Source: Azolla caroliniana
Taxonomy: Eukaryota > Plantae > Polypodiophyta
Direction: 5' to 3'
NCBI GenBank assembly: GCA_043228905.1
Contig: JBHGNT010000010.1
Location: forward strand, 17,608,001-17,672,000
Length of the DNA: 64,000 nt
The notes beneath the pieces were generated by a model, which was given only the letters and a program-made list of their open reading frames with translations, did not search any database and had not been told where the DNA came from. A program made the position numbers and the translations under genes. Each line of letters opens with the position of its first letter. Positions within the stretch are counted from its first letter, which is position 1. Below, piece after piece: positions 50,282 through 63,007 of this stretch.

Positions 50282-50477
50282 GAACCTTAGGCCACAAAGG
50301 ACACAATGTTTGACCACATAGGGTAGCGTGTATATCTACATGTTGTTCAACATTGATTGTGGTTAAAAGTGGTAGAAACAAGAGGGAGGCAACATGATGG
50401 TGACTAAGGCAATATGGGTGATAATCTTCCTTTCCCATTATCATCCAAATTGCTTGGATTGTGTCACCGAGCATGAA

Positions 50478-50768
50478 GTTGGTGTTGTCAATGCATTTGG
50501 AGGTGGTGGTGCATATGAAGAGGAGTGAGTGGGTGTGCCATCAAGATAGATGCCATAAGAAGAGAGTCTATGGTTGTGGAGTCTCTACGATGAAACTCCC
50601 TTTCCCATTATTGTCTGATCTGCTTGGGGTGTGTCATTAACGATGAGGTTGGTGTTGTCAATGCATTTGGAGGTGGTAGTGCATATGAAGAGGAGTGAGG
50701 GGGTATCATCAAGATACATGTCATAAGAAGAGAGTCTACGTTTGTGGAGTCTCTACGATGAAACTCCA
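50478..50768. repeat. About 120-bp direct duplication
   Basis: gttggtgttgtcaatgcatttggaggtggt...gagtctctacgatgaaactcc at about 50478 and about 50648. Confidence 0.85.
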
Positions 50769-50804
50769 TGTTCTTCAAAATGTGGTCAAGGTATATGAAG
50801 GCGG

Positions 50805-52298
50805 TGTCATGACACAGTGACATGAAATATATAGTTGGTGAGGATTGAACCTACAACCTCACATCAACAAAATGTCATGCTCAACCATTTTGATATGAGC
50901 ATGCATTTGTGTATAATAGTTTCGTATTCTATAGTCTAGTATATTTCAGAATCAGAATATTCTAGTCGTTGGTATATTCTAGAAATATTGTACGGTATAT
51001 TCTAGAGACATTTTTCGAGTATATTCTAGAGATATTCAATCTCAAAACTTGTATAAATAGTTGTAACCTCCTTGGTCCCTTTCAAGGGATTCAAACGGTC
51101 ATGGGCACACCAACCACAAACTTGGACAGAGCATGGATGATGGGGCTATGACCGTGGAACTTAAGAAGTTAGGAATGACACAAGAGCATCAAGACATAGA
51201 TGAAGATCAAGGAGACAAGTGACGGGAACTCAACGCTCCTTATGTCCAACACTCGGCCACAACCACGATTCTTTTCATACACAGAAAAACGGGAAACAAA
51301 TGCACGTGACACAACGGAGAGAAAAGGGTACACAGAATGTTTACGTAGAAAACCCAAAGAGGGATAAACCATGGCAGCCCACAGGCTGCAAACTATCACT
51401 ATATTGGAATGTACAAACAGTGAGTTCACGGAGGCAACGACCTCGTGCTCACGATCTTCACCACAGGCGGCGGTTACAACAGAGGCACGACCTCGTTCTC
51501 TCTCTCTCTCTCAACCTGTACACTGTTACACGCTCTCACTTCTTGCACCAACAAGAAAATGACAACCCTTTCTAAAAGTTTGCCCTAAGTCATATTTATA
51601 CTAATATGACTTTTCGGCTATTTACAAATATAGCCTCGATGGGCTCTCAGAAACATATTTACGAATATGTCTATTCCTCCGGTTCTCACCGGGTCTACGT
51701 CATCCAGCTCTTCGTAGCCGGGTGCTCCTCATCCGGTTCTCACCGGGCCTGTATCATCCGGCTCTCCGTAGCCGGGTACTCCTCATCCGGTTCATACCGG
51801 GTCTGCACCATCCGGCTCTCCATAGCCGGGTACTCCTCTTCTGATTCTCACCGAGCCTGTACCATCCGGTTCTCCGTAACCGGGTCCACCTCATACGGAT
51901 TCGGCCTCGGCCGAGTTTGTTCGTCGGCACTATTCTTCTCCCTTCCCATTCGGAGGGACCTGTCTCCCAACAACAAGATGGAATTGAACAAGAAGACTAG
52001 ATTGATGTGTCAATGACTGGCTTTGAATCCCTTGAAAGGGACCAAGGAGGTTACAAGTATTTATACAAGTTCTGAGATTCAATATCTCTAGAATATACCG
52101 TGCAATATTTCTAGAATATACTAACGACTAGAATATTTTGATTCTGAAATGTATTATATGCTAGACTATACTAGAATATTAAAGTACTATACACCAATGC
52201 ATGTTCATATCAAAATGGTTGAGCATGACATTTTGTTGATGTGAGATTTTAGGTTCAATCCTCACCAACTATATATTTCATGTCATTGTGTCGTGACA
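50805..52298. mobile_element. Non-coding element with about 300-bp inverted terminal arms, TG...CA ends and a 5-bp TSD
   Basis: Left arm 50805 to about 51112 is the reverse complement of the right arm, about 52000 to 52298. TSD GGCGG at 50800-50804 and 52299-52303. Confidence 0.88.
51220..51972 (-). mobile_element. Solo LTR (753 bp) nested in the inverted-repeat element
   Basis: TG...CA termini, TSD ACAAG (51215-51219, 51973-51977). The minus strand carries a Tnt1-like U5 motif CCATGGTTTATCCC...GGGTTTTCTACGTAA, a TATA box and ~54-bp CCGG-rich tandem repeats (51675-51890) in U3. Confidence 0.88.
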
Positions 52299-53079
52299 GG
52301 CGGGGGAACAGATGTGGGATGTGAAAGGGGGATAATGTTAGTTGTGTTATTGAGGTTAGCAGGGTTGTTGGGAGGTGCCTTGGGGCCTATTGATAATGAT
52401 CAGGCAATGTCATCATGGTCTTCAACGTTGGCCTATGGAGCTATCATCGCAATACCTATGGTCAAGTAGTGTGCATGTAAGGTGTGGTTTGGTTTTTCTA
52501 TATGCTTGGAAGTTGGGTGGGATCAGTGAGCCCCTTAATGAATAATATTATCATGATTGCTATTTTTAAATTAATTAATCAATTAATTTACCTATCTATC
52601 AATTTCATCTTTTGATTATATTTAACCATTTGATTTAATTATGCATTTATCGACTATGTAATAATAATAAGCATAATATTGTTATTACGGGCATTTCTAG
52701 CTTATACTTACTATTATTTATATAAGTATTTACTTGATAATTACTAGTAGTAATCTTATTTATTTGTTATAAGAATTATTATGTGTTTATTTAGATTTAG
52801 ATTTATTTATGTGGGAGTCGGGAGTATGACAAATAAGGGGATGGACAAATAAAGTTTACTCTCTACCAAATAGGAGAATTGGTGGTGCCATGCATAGGTG
52901 GGGTGTGGTTTTGAGAAGAGTTTTTAGCATGTGTAAGATGGATGGGTGGTCCTTGGGTAACAAGCTTGCATCACATCATGTGCAGAGGCGGGTAACCAAG
53001 ACAAAATAGTTCACCGAAACCATCTTGGCTTTATCACAAATTGCTTCAACACATGCCAAAAAGAATTCCCTTTTGTCAC

Positions 53080-53410
53080 CCTTGGGCAACCATTAGTTTT
53101 TCAAGTACTTCTTGTGTGTGCCTTCCACTACGATGCCATGTACATTCACCCACATAGTCCTTTGTATTCCGTTCATGCCTCCCTCGGGAAACCATTAGTT
53201 TTTTACACACTTGGTATGTAGTTGAAGTTCCTTTGTGTGGGTCCCAAACCATTATGACATGTTCAATCACCGATGCATTATGTGTTATGTAATATTGTGT
53301 GTTTGGATAGTTGAAAGTCTATATTTTGTTTGTGTCCTATAGCATTTGCCATGTACTTGGAGTTCCTTTGTGTGGCCCTTAAACCACGATGCCATGTACA
53401 TTCACCCATG
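53080..53410. repeat. Degenerate local repeats
   Basis: Recurrent gttcctttgtgtgg, cgatgccatgtacattcaccca and aaccattagttttt units. Confidence 0.55.
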
Positions 53411-54944
53411 CATTATGGCGAGTCTTTTTAGAGATCATACTAGGATCTAGAATACATGATGGGCATTCATAAAGTTGGCTTGCACATATAGATGTGATGT
53501 TAAGGGAGTTGTTGTCATTTTCTTTAATTAACATTCCTATAAATCTTAGTGTTCCCAATTTACAATATTGATCATAAGCCAATTGTATAAAAGAAACATG
53601 ACATATTGTAATTTGTGTGGAGCTACCCTTTCTTAGATGGTTGGATTGGTTAATGGCCAATGGGCTTTGTAATGTGAAAGGGGCCTTGTAGAGTTTCCAA
53701 CTTGTATAAAAGGCCAAGAGGTTTCATATAAAAGGAGCCTTTGGGTGCCCCAAGTTTAGGTCCTCATTCTCCCCCCTTTGCATCTATTAAGAGCCATCTT
53801 CCTCTATGAAGATTTTCTACACTACTTAATCAAGATATACATATAATTTTTACTTAGTAATGATTTATTTCATTGAGACATTTCATATGTTGCTTATATA
53901 CTAATTATCTACTTATTACGATAATCATATATTCTTAATTAGTGTAATGATTAGGTGTGTGTTTAATTTATATTAACTTATGATGCCTTTAAGGTCTCTG
54001 TGGTTATAAGTGCTTTTATATGTTGATGTATGACATGGACGTTGCCATTGGAGAGTGAAGCCCCTCAATGCCACATTTAATGCACCAAGAGGAAGGCGAC
54101 CCCTCATGATTAGGTAGTGAACCTTTTAAGTGCAATACTCCAAGGTTTGAGTCATACTACCCCCCTTGAGAAAACGCGATTCATTTGATTAGTTTAATTT
54201 CAAGTTTAGCTCAAATAGATGTGTTTAAAATGAGAGGTGCAAGATCATGTGCAAGCGTAGGCATCGGGGAGACGATTGGCTTGAAACCAAACCCTTCACT
54301 ACTAATTCTAGAATGAGGTCACTTGTATTACACTAGTTGCGCACTTGGAACAACCTTACACTTATTAACTTCACATCGATCTTGTCCAAGCATGCATGGT
54401 TTTGATGAAGGTTGAGGCATTGCCATGTGTCTATGTGGGTGTGAGGCATTCATGTCAAGTGCATGTCTTCATATCTGTAGAGTTTTGCCTCCGCGTTGAT
54501 GTTATTAGTCGAGGGATTCAAATAATCGTATACCCTATAAGTGGCAAACTAGGCATGAGTGGTAATCAATTAATCTTGAGCCACTAGCTTCGCAAGCAAT
54601 ACCCACATGAACTCACTCTCACTTCCTTATGACTATCGTAATATCCCAAGCTTACCCTAATTAAGGCTTACGTCTCAAGCTTACACATACACAAAAGACA
54701 AGTTTTACACATAGTAATACCAATGACCTAAAGCTCTAGAACAAGGTTTGTTCTATTCCACCTTTTTTGCTAGTGTTATGTTTATTCTTTTGTGTCCTTT
54801 CAAATTTTGTTATCTTTATGAGTTTCAAGCTCTTAATAATTTCTCAATGATGGGCATTTTTAAATCACATAAAAGTGACATCAAAGTTTACAAATACCTT
54901 CCATGAGGATATGTGAACCAAAATCTAACCAATGTTTATATGAT

Positions 54945-55470
54945 ATGTTTGTGATCATTACATAGATTGTGGGATTCCGAGACAAGATACATTGTTCCAA
55001 TTTCGGACGTTGTCTTCAATGAGTCGATAATACACAAAGCAATTGAACGATAGATCAAACTTCGACAGGTAACCTTTGTTGACCTAACAACTTCTTTTGA
55101 TGGCCCAACCCAACACATTCGATCAGCTACATGGCAAACATATGATCCTACTCTTCAAATCTTATCGACAACTATCAACATCCCTAACACTTCGAAAGAC
55201 ATTAAAAAATGATATGATGACTTTAGTCCTACCATGATGATCCAAGAGACCGTCTCATCCACTTGAAAGATATTCACCTAGTATCTTCTACATAGATGTT
55301 GTTGAACCTTCAACGTACAAAGGCGCTACGACAACAATTGACTACACTAACTAGTAGCTAACCATGGAGTCAAAGATGAACTCCAATCGAGAAAATCAAA
55401 ACACCTAAGACTCCATTACCAAAGAATCAACAAACACTTCCATGTACATAGATGGGTCTTTCGACTCAAG
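54945..55470 (+). mobile_element. Old degenerate relic related to Copia family B (integrase C-terminus to RT start)
   Basis: Decayed equivalents of RLWDPE..IV..SDVVFNES, RRVTF, GP.H.RSA, ERYSP.IF and EP.TY from the family B polyprotein. Confidence 0.7.
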
Positions 55471-55499
55471 CAAACATACATTCTTGGACATTTGTACGT

Positions 55500-58400
55500 T
55501 CCAAATTCTTTTGTTAATAATTCATCACTTGCATAATGCTGGAGTTAGAGACTACATCCCCACAACACATATTGGGCCATGACTTGTTGCCCATACATTT
55601 TTCATTTCACTCACATTCGGCCTCATTGAACTAGCCTTTTTTTCTTCCTTCACTGCTAATTTAAGTTTAATCTTGTTTAAACACTCATTTGTTCCTTGTG
55701 AACCTTGCTTATATTCTCTAATCTCATTGAGTTTTGAAACTATTTTCTTAAGACTCTCATTCTCAATAACAATAACTTCTAGTTTTGCATTCTCTTTCAT
55801 GAGGGCATTAATCTCTTCACCTAATTTGTTTATGTTTTCTTGAAGAGAAATCAAATGGTTGATAAGCTATGGTTGAGTTTGTTGAATTAATATTAAGAAT
55901 ATTTTCAATTTGTTCTAGACACATTTGAAACCACAATGAACTTTCAAACTTAATAAATATGGAGAATTAAGGATCTACATACATTTTGAAAGAGATATTG
56001 GTTTGCAAAGAGGGCCATGCCGTAATGTGATTACTCATCCATTTTTTCGTGCTCTAAAACACCAAGGAATCTATGGAATTATCAAGCCTACTTAAAACAT
56101 AGTGGTATATGATCCATATTCACACTTATAATCAACATTGGTTTTGTGCAAGAATCCATATTTTGGTAAGGCAAATGTCACGACTCACTCTCAATGTTTA
56201 AACTTGATTGTTTGTAGTTAATTTACAAAAAGTTTGAAGAACAAGAACTTAATCTGTTTTCTAAAAAGATAAATATCAGGTTTTCTATCTATCCACTTTA
56301 GAGTCGGTCCAAAGAAAAAGTATTAAGTACCCAACACAATTAGTGGGAGAAAAGTATTTAGAATCCACCTCTGACAAGCATAGATAGAATCATAGATATA
56401 TTATTATCTCTCCTCTCAAAGTTCATACAACCTCCGAAAAGTATTAAGTGACCAATCAGCCTCCAAAACAATACAAAGTTACCTATCTCTCCTCTCAAAG
56501 TTCATACATCTTTAACCTCAAACCTTGTAAGTATCGACAACGGTTTACTATCTATCAAATTTTAATGAGTCCCAAGATAGGTTCTTTTCACAGGAGATTA
56601 TTAGTTTCCTCTATTGATTGATCATGAGCCCATACTCATTGAGTTTGGGCATTCTGATCATTCTATGCTTGGAGGATCTGTCAAATCTAAAGTTGTCCAT
56701 TGTTTGAAAAAACTCACAACATATTTTTCTTCCACTTGTTACATGTTTTTATGCCATAGCTCATTAGTATTGTAGGGTCTACCCTCTACAAATTGAATGT
56801 TCTATTTTGAGATTGCATAGTTCGAAAACATGTCAAAAATGCGATATTAAAATGTGCTAGATTGGTCATTTATTTGATTTGTTTGATTGTCCACCAAGGT
56901 TTTTTGCACTTCGATGTATCCTTGAGTAAACAAATTTGTATTGGTTGCACAACCCAACCATTTTGTCCTAGAATCTTGTGTACGTGCTTTCATTGAAAAT
57001 TTTGAGCATGGATGGTTTGATCCTTGTTCCTTTGTGAGAACTAAATCCTTCAAGAAGTTTTTTATTTTTTCAAATAGAGTTGTTTATCTCTTGTATCCTC
57101 GAGGGATTTGGGGAGGTAATCGAGAATTGTGATGGTATTTTGATTTGAAGTTTATCAAAAAAGATGCTTGTATTGTCCATGTCATGCGGTGGTGGCAAAG
57201 GTCTCTCCTAACGAATGTTGTGGAAAGGATTGCCCCACATACAATGGTTACAGAGATGGTTGTCCCACCATCATATTTGGGAGAATCGTCTCAACAATCA
57301 TCATGTGTGGGACAACCCTCTCCACAACCTTCATTTGTGGGGAGACCTTCTCCGCAATCACATGATACGGACAAGAATGAGCACCTTTTCAACAAATCGA
57401 GACACGACGATATCAAAATGTCACTGCAATTCCCGGATTACCTCACCAAAGCACTTGGAGAATACAAGAGACTAATGATTCTCCTAACAAAAACACTTCT
57501 TGAGTTCAAAAAAAGGAACAAAGGTTTCATCCTGATAATTTGTGGACCAAATTACCCAAGTTCAAAATGTTCGACAATAGAAGGTGCAACCAATACAAAG
57601 TTGGTCTACTCGACGTTTACATTGAAGTATAAAAAACTTTGGTGGACAATCAAACACATCAAGCAAGTGATTATTTTGGCATATTTGAATCTTGCATTTC
57701 TCGAGCTATTAAACCTCAAAATTTTCGACACATGTGAGGTTATCATAGAACATTCAATTTTAGGAGCTACACGCTACAATGCCAATGAGTTGTGTAACAC
57801 ATGTAGCAAGTGAAAATAAAATATGGAGATCAACAACTTTAAGCTGAAATAGTTCCTCCAAGCGTATGATGATCGCAATGCTCAAAATCAACGAAAGAAG
57901 GTCGCACTCAACCTTATGCCAAACAAATTGTGAAAGTTCAATGTAACCAAAAAAACAAAAGAGATGGCAATCCCACTTGTATCCATAGATACAAAACTCG
58001 TGGTCAAAATAACACCGCCTCTAATCAACAAGGTGTAGCACAACCATAGAAAGGGAAAGAAAAAATGGAGATCCAAGGGAACCAAGAGAATTGTAAATAA
58101 GCGAAGCCTAAAACTAATAGATGAGGAGGGGACGACTCAATCCATCCCTTTAATTGTTCACATTTCATCTTCACGGCCACACTAATGTTTTAGAGATATG
58201 GTTTTGTGGAGAAAATAAACAATTCTCAACCATCAAATAACGATTCCAAACATTGATAAGAACCCTCTTTTGGCTTCCTTTTGTAAGCCCAAAAGAATAC
58301 AACGTTTGTCTTCTCAAAAAATAAATAAATCAAGGAGCTAAGAATTTTGGGATATCCAATAAGGCTATCCATAATCTATCTTCCTACTCTTTGACATACC

Positions 58401-58750
58401 AAGATTCGAAACTTTGGGTCCTTGACTGAACTTCATCCCCCCATCCAAACCCCCTACAACACAACTCCTTAGAGATTATCGAAGCTTCATTGGACAACTT
58501 CACCTCCAATGGTACTTCTGTAATTTGGAACGAGCCCCACCCCTTTTCCGATCCCTAATCCAAATGGGAATCCCCCATCAACTTGCACCCCCCTAGAAAA
58601 AATCATTCAAGCCACTAAACATTTGAGCTTGAACTCCATCAAAAGTCCTAGTTTACCATGGGTCAGGTTTTCTCCTTACCTTATCATCATGCTTGTCAAC
58701 AAAAACCTCGGTCTCATCTTCCTTGACCACAATTGGTATATTCAAGAAGG
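55500..58750 (-). mobile_element. Probable decayed non-LTR retrotransposon remnants
   Basis: Coiled-coil ORF 55552-55854 resembles the ORF1 of LINE copy 1 in composition. The rest is stop-riddled with only weak LINE-like peptides. Boundaries uncertain. Confidence 0.3.
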
Positions 58751-59689
58751 AAACATGAACTTGGTAATAAATTTGTCTACAAAAAAGTTAACTCAATACT
58801 CCTCAACAAGTTACATAGCCAAATGATGTACAATTGCATTGGTAAATATACATATCATTTGAATTTTACATTCTTCGTCTTCATTTTCTAATTGACATAT
58901 CATATTATGTCCTAAGTGATTCGTGTAGCTATTGATAAACAACTCAATACACTTGAGATGTTAGTTTTTTCAATAACTTCTCACTCTCTTACCCTCATAA
59001 TCATCTTGCCTCTTCTATTATCCCTTGCTAGACATAAAAAAGTAAACCAAAGCCATTAGCACAACCATGCTGTGCAATGAAAATTGGAAGCATAACGTAA
59101 CTAATTGGTCTATGCATATTGACAAGGATGGAGAAGCCACAAAATATTCTTGCTTCAACGAATATCCATGATTGAATCCCTAGATCAAATGAAAGTTGAT
59201 CATCATAGCTCTATGATAGTCAAGATGCGATGGGAAAAAAACTTATATGATAGTGCCATAATCCTTTCGAAAGCTTCCCTTAGAATGTTGCGCGAGAGCA
59301 TAGTGCTAGATTCAAGTAGTCAATATTGGCTCAGTGTATAGAAAGCAATAATTGAGCCATACAAACTCAATACATCACCTAAGGCCCAGGACTCTAAGCC
59401 ATTCCACCCAAATGGGATCATAATCAAGAACAAATTGCCCACCTTAAAGAACATATTTTTAGCTTGCAAGCTAATTATGTCCTCTAGGAATGGAAAATGA
59501 CTTAAGACAGATTCTTGAGAAAGTGTAGATGATGATAAGAAGAAACGTGTTTTTATGTGAGCGGAGTGGTGTCTACCTGAAGATAAACTCTTCTATAGGT
59601 TCTTGTCATAACACTTGGCCACTTTTCACAATTTTTGAAATGATAACCATTGCCACATATATCACAACTTGTGAATTGAAAGCAACTAC

Positions 59690-60001
59690 ACAACATAGTA
59701 AGTCAATGTTTACAACATACAAGTCCATGGAATAATATATTTGGAATTACAAAAAAGAATACAAATACCTGGAGCAACACATAAATATTCAAATAGCTTG
59801 ACAACATATACAAGTCCATGGAACACTATATTTGGAATTACAAAAAGAATAGGAATACTGGGGCAAAATATAAATCTTCAAATAGCTCAACAATGTAGTA
59901 AGTCAATGTTAACAACATACAAGTCCATGGACCACTATATTTGGGATTTCAAAAAAGAATAGGAATATCTGGAGAAAAATATAAATTTTCAAATAGCTCA
60001 A
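59690..60001. repeat. Three-copy tandem repeat of about 100-115 bp
   Basis: Unit acaacatacaagtccatgga..tatatttgg(a)att.caaaaaagaata...caaatagct repeated three times. Confidence 0.85.
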
Positions 60002-61846
60002 CTGACTGCTACCAATAATGAGATTAAATTAAAAATTTCTATATTTTACAAATTAACATGTTTTACAATTTACATTTTTGTTGAGTACCAATTTTGGCCA
60101 GTAAAAATCCTGTTATATGCTATTGTTCATTCTCATTTTGTACATATTCAACATTCAAGTTTTTGTGTACATCAACTTTGTGTATAAAAATTTGACAACG
60201 CGGAGTATTTTATACAATGCGGAAAGTAAGAACCTACCAGTGTACACGCCTTAGTACCCTTAATGATCATACACACAAAAGTCTCATTTTCAGAGGCAAT
60301 AACTGAGAACTATCCAATTAAGGATGAGAATTTTTGCGTCTTCTGTACATTGCTGCTACTACTACCACAGTTGCAGGTATATCTTCTTATGAGGTATATA
60401 ATCTATCTTCAATCACATGGGAGGAGGCCAATCTGCTGCACCACTGTTACATGAAGATATCATTAACTTTTAATAAAAAAGGTATTTCAATGTGCAGAAT
60501 GACACTAAGAAGTTTTCTCGGTCAAGAAGTGCAAGACCATACAGCACTAATTACATCATGTATATCCTTACACAAAAGCTAATGCACTGAGTGAAGGCAC
60601 ATAAAAGAAACAATGAACCAGGTTCCAGTCAGAATTTGAGTTAATATTTCGATAACTAAGTTTTAGCATCCCTTAGCCTAACATTGTAGAGCTAATGGAA
60701 TCATTACGCTCACATGGAATAAAGGTCATTCCAACAGTTACATCTACAAAATTTTCTCATATCCGTCATATAAACCCTCAACTTTCTATGTTAATATCTA
60801 AATCTCATGTACTACCTTCAAGCATGAACAGCCATATTAGTTACTTCAACTGTGATGCTCATTGGCGATGCCTTAGCTACTCAGCGATTGATGGACAGAA
60901 GACATGCCTATCATTTGCAATAAATTCACCTATGACCCAAGTGTAAACATTATTAGCTAATTTAGTTGAAGAAGGAAGCCTTCAAACTTTTTTAGCTGTA
61001 CAAAATTGTGCCCAAATCTGCTTAGATAATAGAGTTGATGTTGCTCAATTAACACATAAAGGCCAGGAATCACACACTTGTGTACATATGTACACATGCA
61101 GAGTGATGATATTGCTCTTCAAAATAAAAAGGCAATGCATGATGATAACACAATGAAGGAATGCTTGTATTTTTTGTGGAAGATTTACGAAGATATTCTC
61201 AGGGTTAGCCAAAAAAAGATGATCTTGCTCTTATATGCCTTGAATTCTTCGTAAAGTAATATACATCAAAGCCGTGTCATTGACGTTCATTTATTATATT
61301 ATACTTGTTTTCCTAATATTCACTAATCTTTTCAGTTTTCAACCCCACTTTTATTTTGGCTATATGATCTAAAATAAGTCAGGCTTTGATGTACCGCAAC
61401 ATTTAACTTGGACTATATTGACTCTCCAATGCAAGGGAATCCTAAACCAATACCAAAGAAGACGAGATATGAAATCCCACAACCTGTTATAGAATAGAGT
61501 CTATGAAGAAAAAGGCATGAAAAGTGAGCTTTCAATTGGTGCAAACAGAAATGACTCATTCGGAGCATGAAATGAGATCATAACAATAACTATTCTAAAC
61601 ATGATGGTCCATGAATGGTGCAGTATGTAACTATTCAATGAATATTCATTCTCTTGACATGACAACATTATTCTCAAATAGCTCCTTATGACACAAATAT
61701 TAACCAATCTGACAGATTCGTACACTCAGCATATACAATACTACATTCTTCCATTGAATTAACATCACTCCAGACATCGTAAGTATAGAAAATTACCTTG
61801 AAGAGGCCACAAGAATTTTGAAGTCTGAAACTGCCTTTTGGAGAAG

Positions 61847-62935
61847 CTACAGCCATTCGATAGTGCACTTGCTCTCCATGTTCTTTAGACAGCTTAAAGG
61901 AATGTATCTCCTCAAATCTTTATCCAAACCAAGATACTCTAAAATATGGCAACCACTGACTATTGCTTCCACATCCTCTCTTAGAATATTCTGACAAGAA
62001 GAAAGAGTTATTGCTTGAACACGAGCAAAACCTTGCAATGACAATCCAGTGACTAAATCACATCCTGAAAGTACTAACTCTTTGATATCATTGCAATCTG
62101 CTTGGATTGCAAGTATGGACAAATCCGAAACTTTTGAAAGCCATGAAAGATTCAATCTTTGTAGTGACTTCAACGAAGCTAGTAATATAACCCCCCTATC
62201 TGTGATGCTTGAACCGCATTTAGCAAGAGAAAGGTCTTGCAAGGATACCATTTGAGGTAAAAGACCTATTCCTTCATCAGTTATTCGAAAACATTCACAT
62301 AAATCTAGCGTTTTCAGGCTCGAAGAAGTCTTACCTCGAGCAAGAAAGTGAATGCCAACATCACTAACCATCTTACAACCCTCTAAGATCAAACTTTCCA
62401 AACAGTTCGCATTGGATATAGCCTCAAGGGCAATATTCGTGATCCTTTCGCATCGAGAAAGATCGAGATGAGACAGAGAAAAACATCCACATATCAGAGA
62501 ACGTATACCCCGATCCTCGACATTGCTTCTCCACCGTAGATTCACTCGCTGAAGATTCTTGCAGGACGAAGCAATGGCTGAGATTCCCTCACTCCCGACC
62601 CCCCTACACTTCTCATTCTCTTCGGTGAAATTAAGGTCGACAAGGTCACGTGACTTCGATAAGCCAAGATTTAGGGTTTGCAGGGAAGAGCATGAGCGTG
62701 AGATGAAAGAGAGGTCTGCGTCTGAGAGACCTCTTCCTGCGTCTAAAGAGAGGAGACGAGGGAAGCGATGGAGGAAGCTGAAGAGAAGGGATGGGTCTAA
62801 GATTCGAAGCTCTGTTCTGGTTTTGCCTTCAGCAAGGAGCCATCGTTTGCAGACCTGGGCACAGGATTTCCTGTCGACGCGACCTCTGATTCTGCACAGG
62901 ATGAGGAAGAGCTCATCGTCGCTCAATCGATTCAT
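61847..62935 (-). CDS. F-box/LRR-repeat protein (FBL-type, cysteine-containing LRRs), intronless CDS, about 362 aa
   Basis: N-terminal F-box 'MNRLSDDELFLILCRI...AQVCKRW' followed by LRR_CC repeats (LSHLDLSRCERITN, LESLILEGCKMVSD, LKTLDLCECFRITD). ATG 62935 is preferred over the in-frame ATG at 62986. Confidence 0.9.
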   Translation of the reverse strand: MNRLSDDELFLILCRIRGRVDRKSCAQVCKRWLLAEGKTRTELRILDPSLLFSFLHRFPRLLSLDAGRGLSDADLSFISRSCSSLQTLNLGLSKSRDLVDLNFTEENEKCRGVGSEGISAIASSCKNLQRVNLRWRSNVEDRGIRSLICGCFSLSHLDLSRCERITNIALEAISNANCLESLILEGCKMVSDVGIHFLARGKTSSSLKTLDLCECFRITDEGIGLLPQMVSLQDLSLAKCGSSITDRGVILLASLKSLQRLNLSWLSKVSDLSILAIQADCNDIKELVLSGCDLVTGLSLQGFARVQAITLSSCQNILREDVEAIVSGCHILEYLGLDKDLRRYIPLSCLKNMESKCTIEWL

Positions 62936-63007
62936 GGGGAAGGAGAACGGAATATGGATGGGACGCAGGGTTTCGCGTACATACATGAAGAGAGGAGCTT
63001 CTTCTCC

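Noticed and set aside
52500-54750. Possible old Gypsy LTR remnants (also 22300-23450 and 24890-26340)
   Set aside because: Composition is suggestive, but no termini, TSD, PBS or coding motif could be pinned down.
57145-57813. 222-aa ORF as a host gene
   Set aside because: Non-ATG start, no recognisable domain, located in decayed repeat-like sequence.
59690-60001. CRISPR-like array (also considered for 51675-51890 and 63300-63500)
   Set aside because: Units are degenerate tandem copies without unique spacers, the context is eukaryotic and there are no cas genes.
1115-62935. Functional gene cluster of ALDH2, HPAT, PHAF1-like and F-box genes
   Set aside because: Unrelated pathways, separated by transposons and an unsized gap; nothing indicates co-function.
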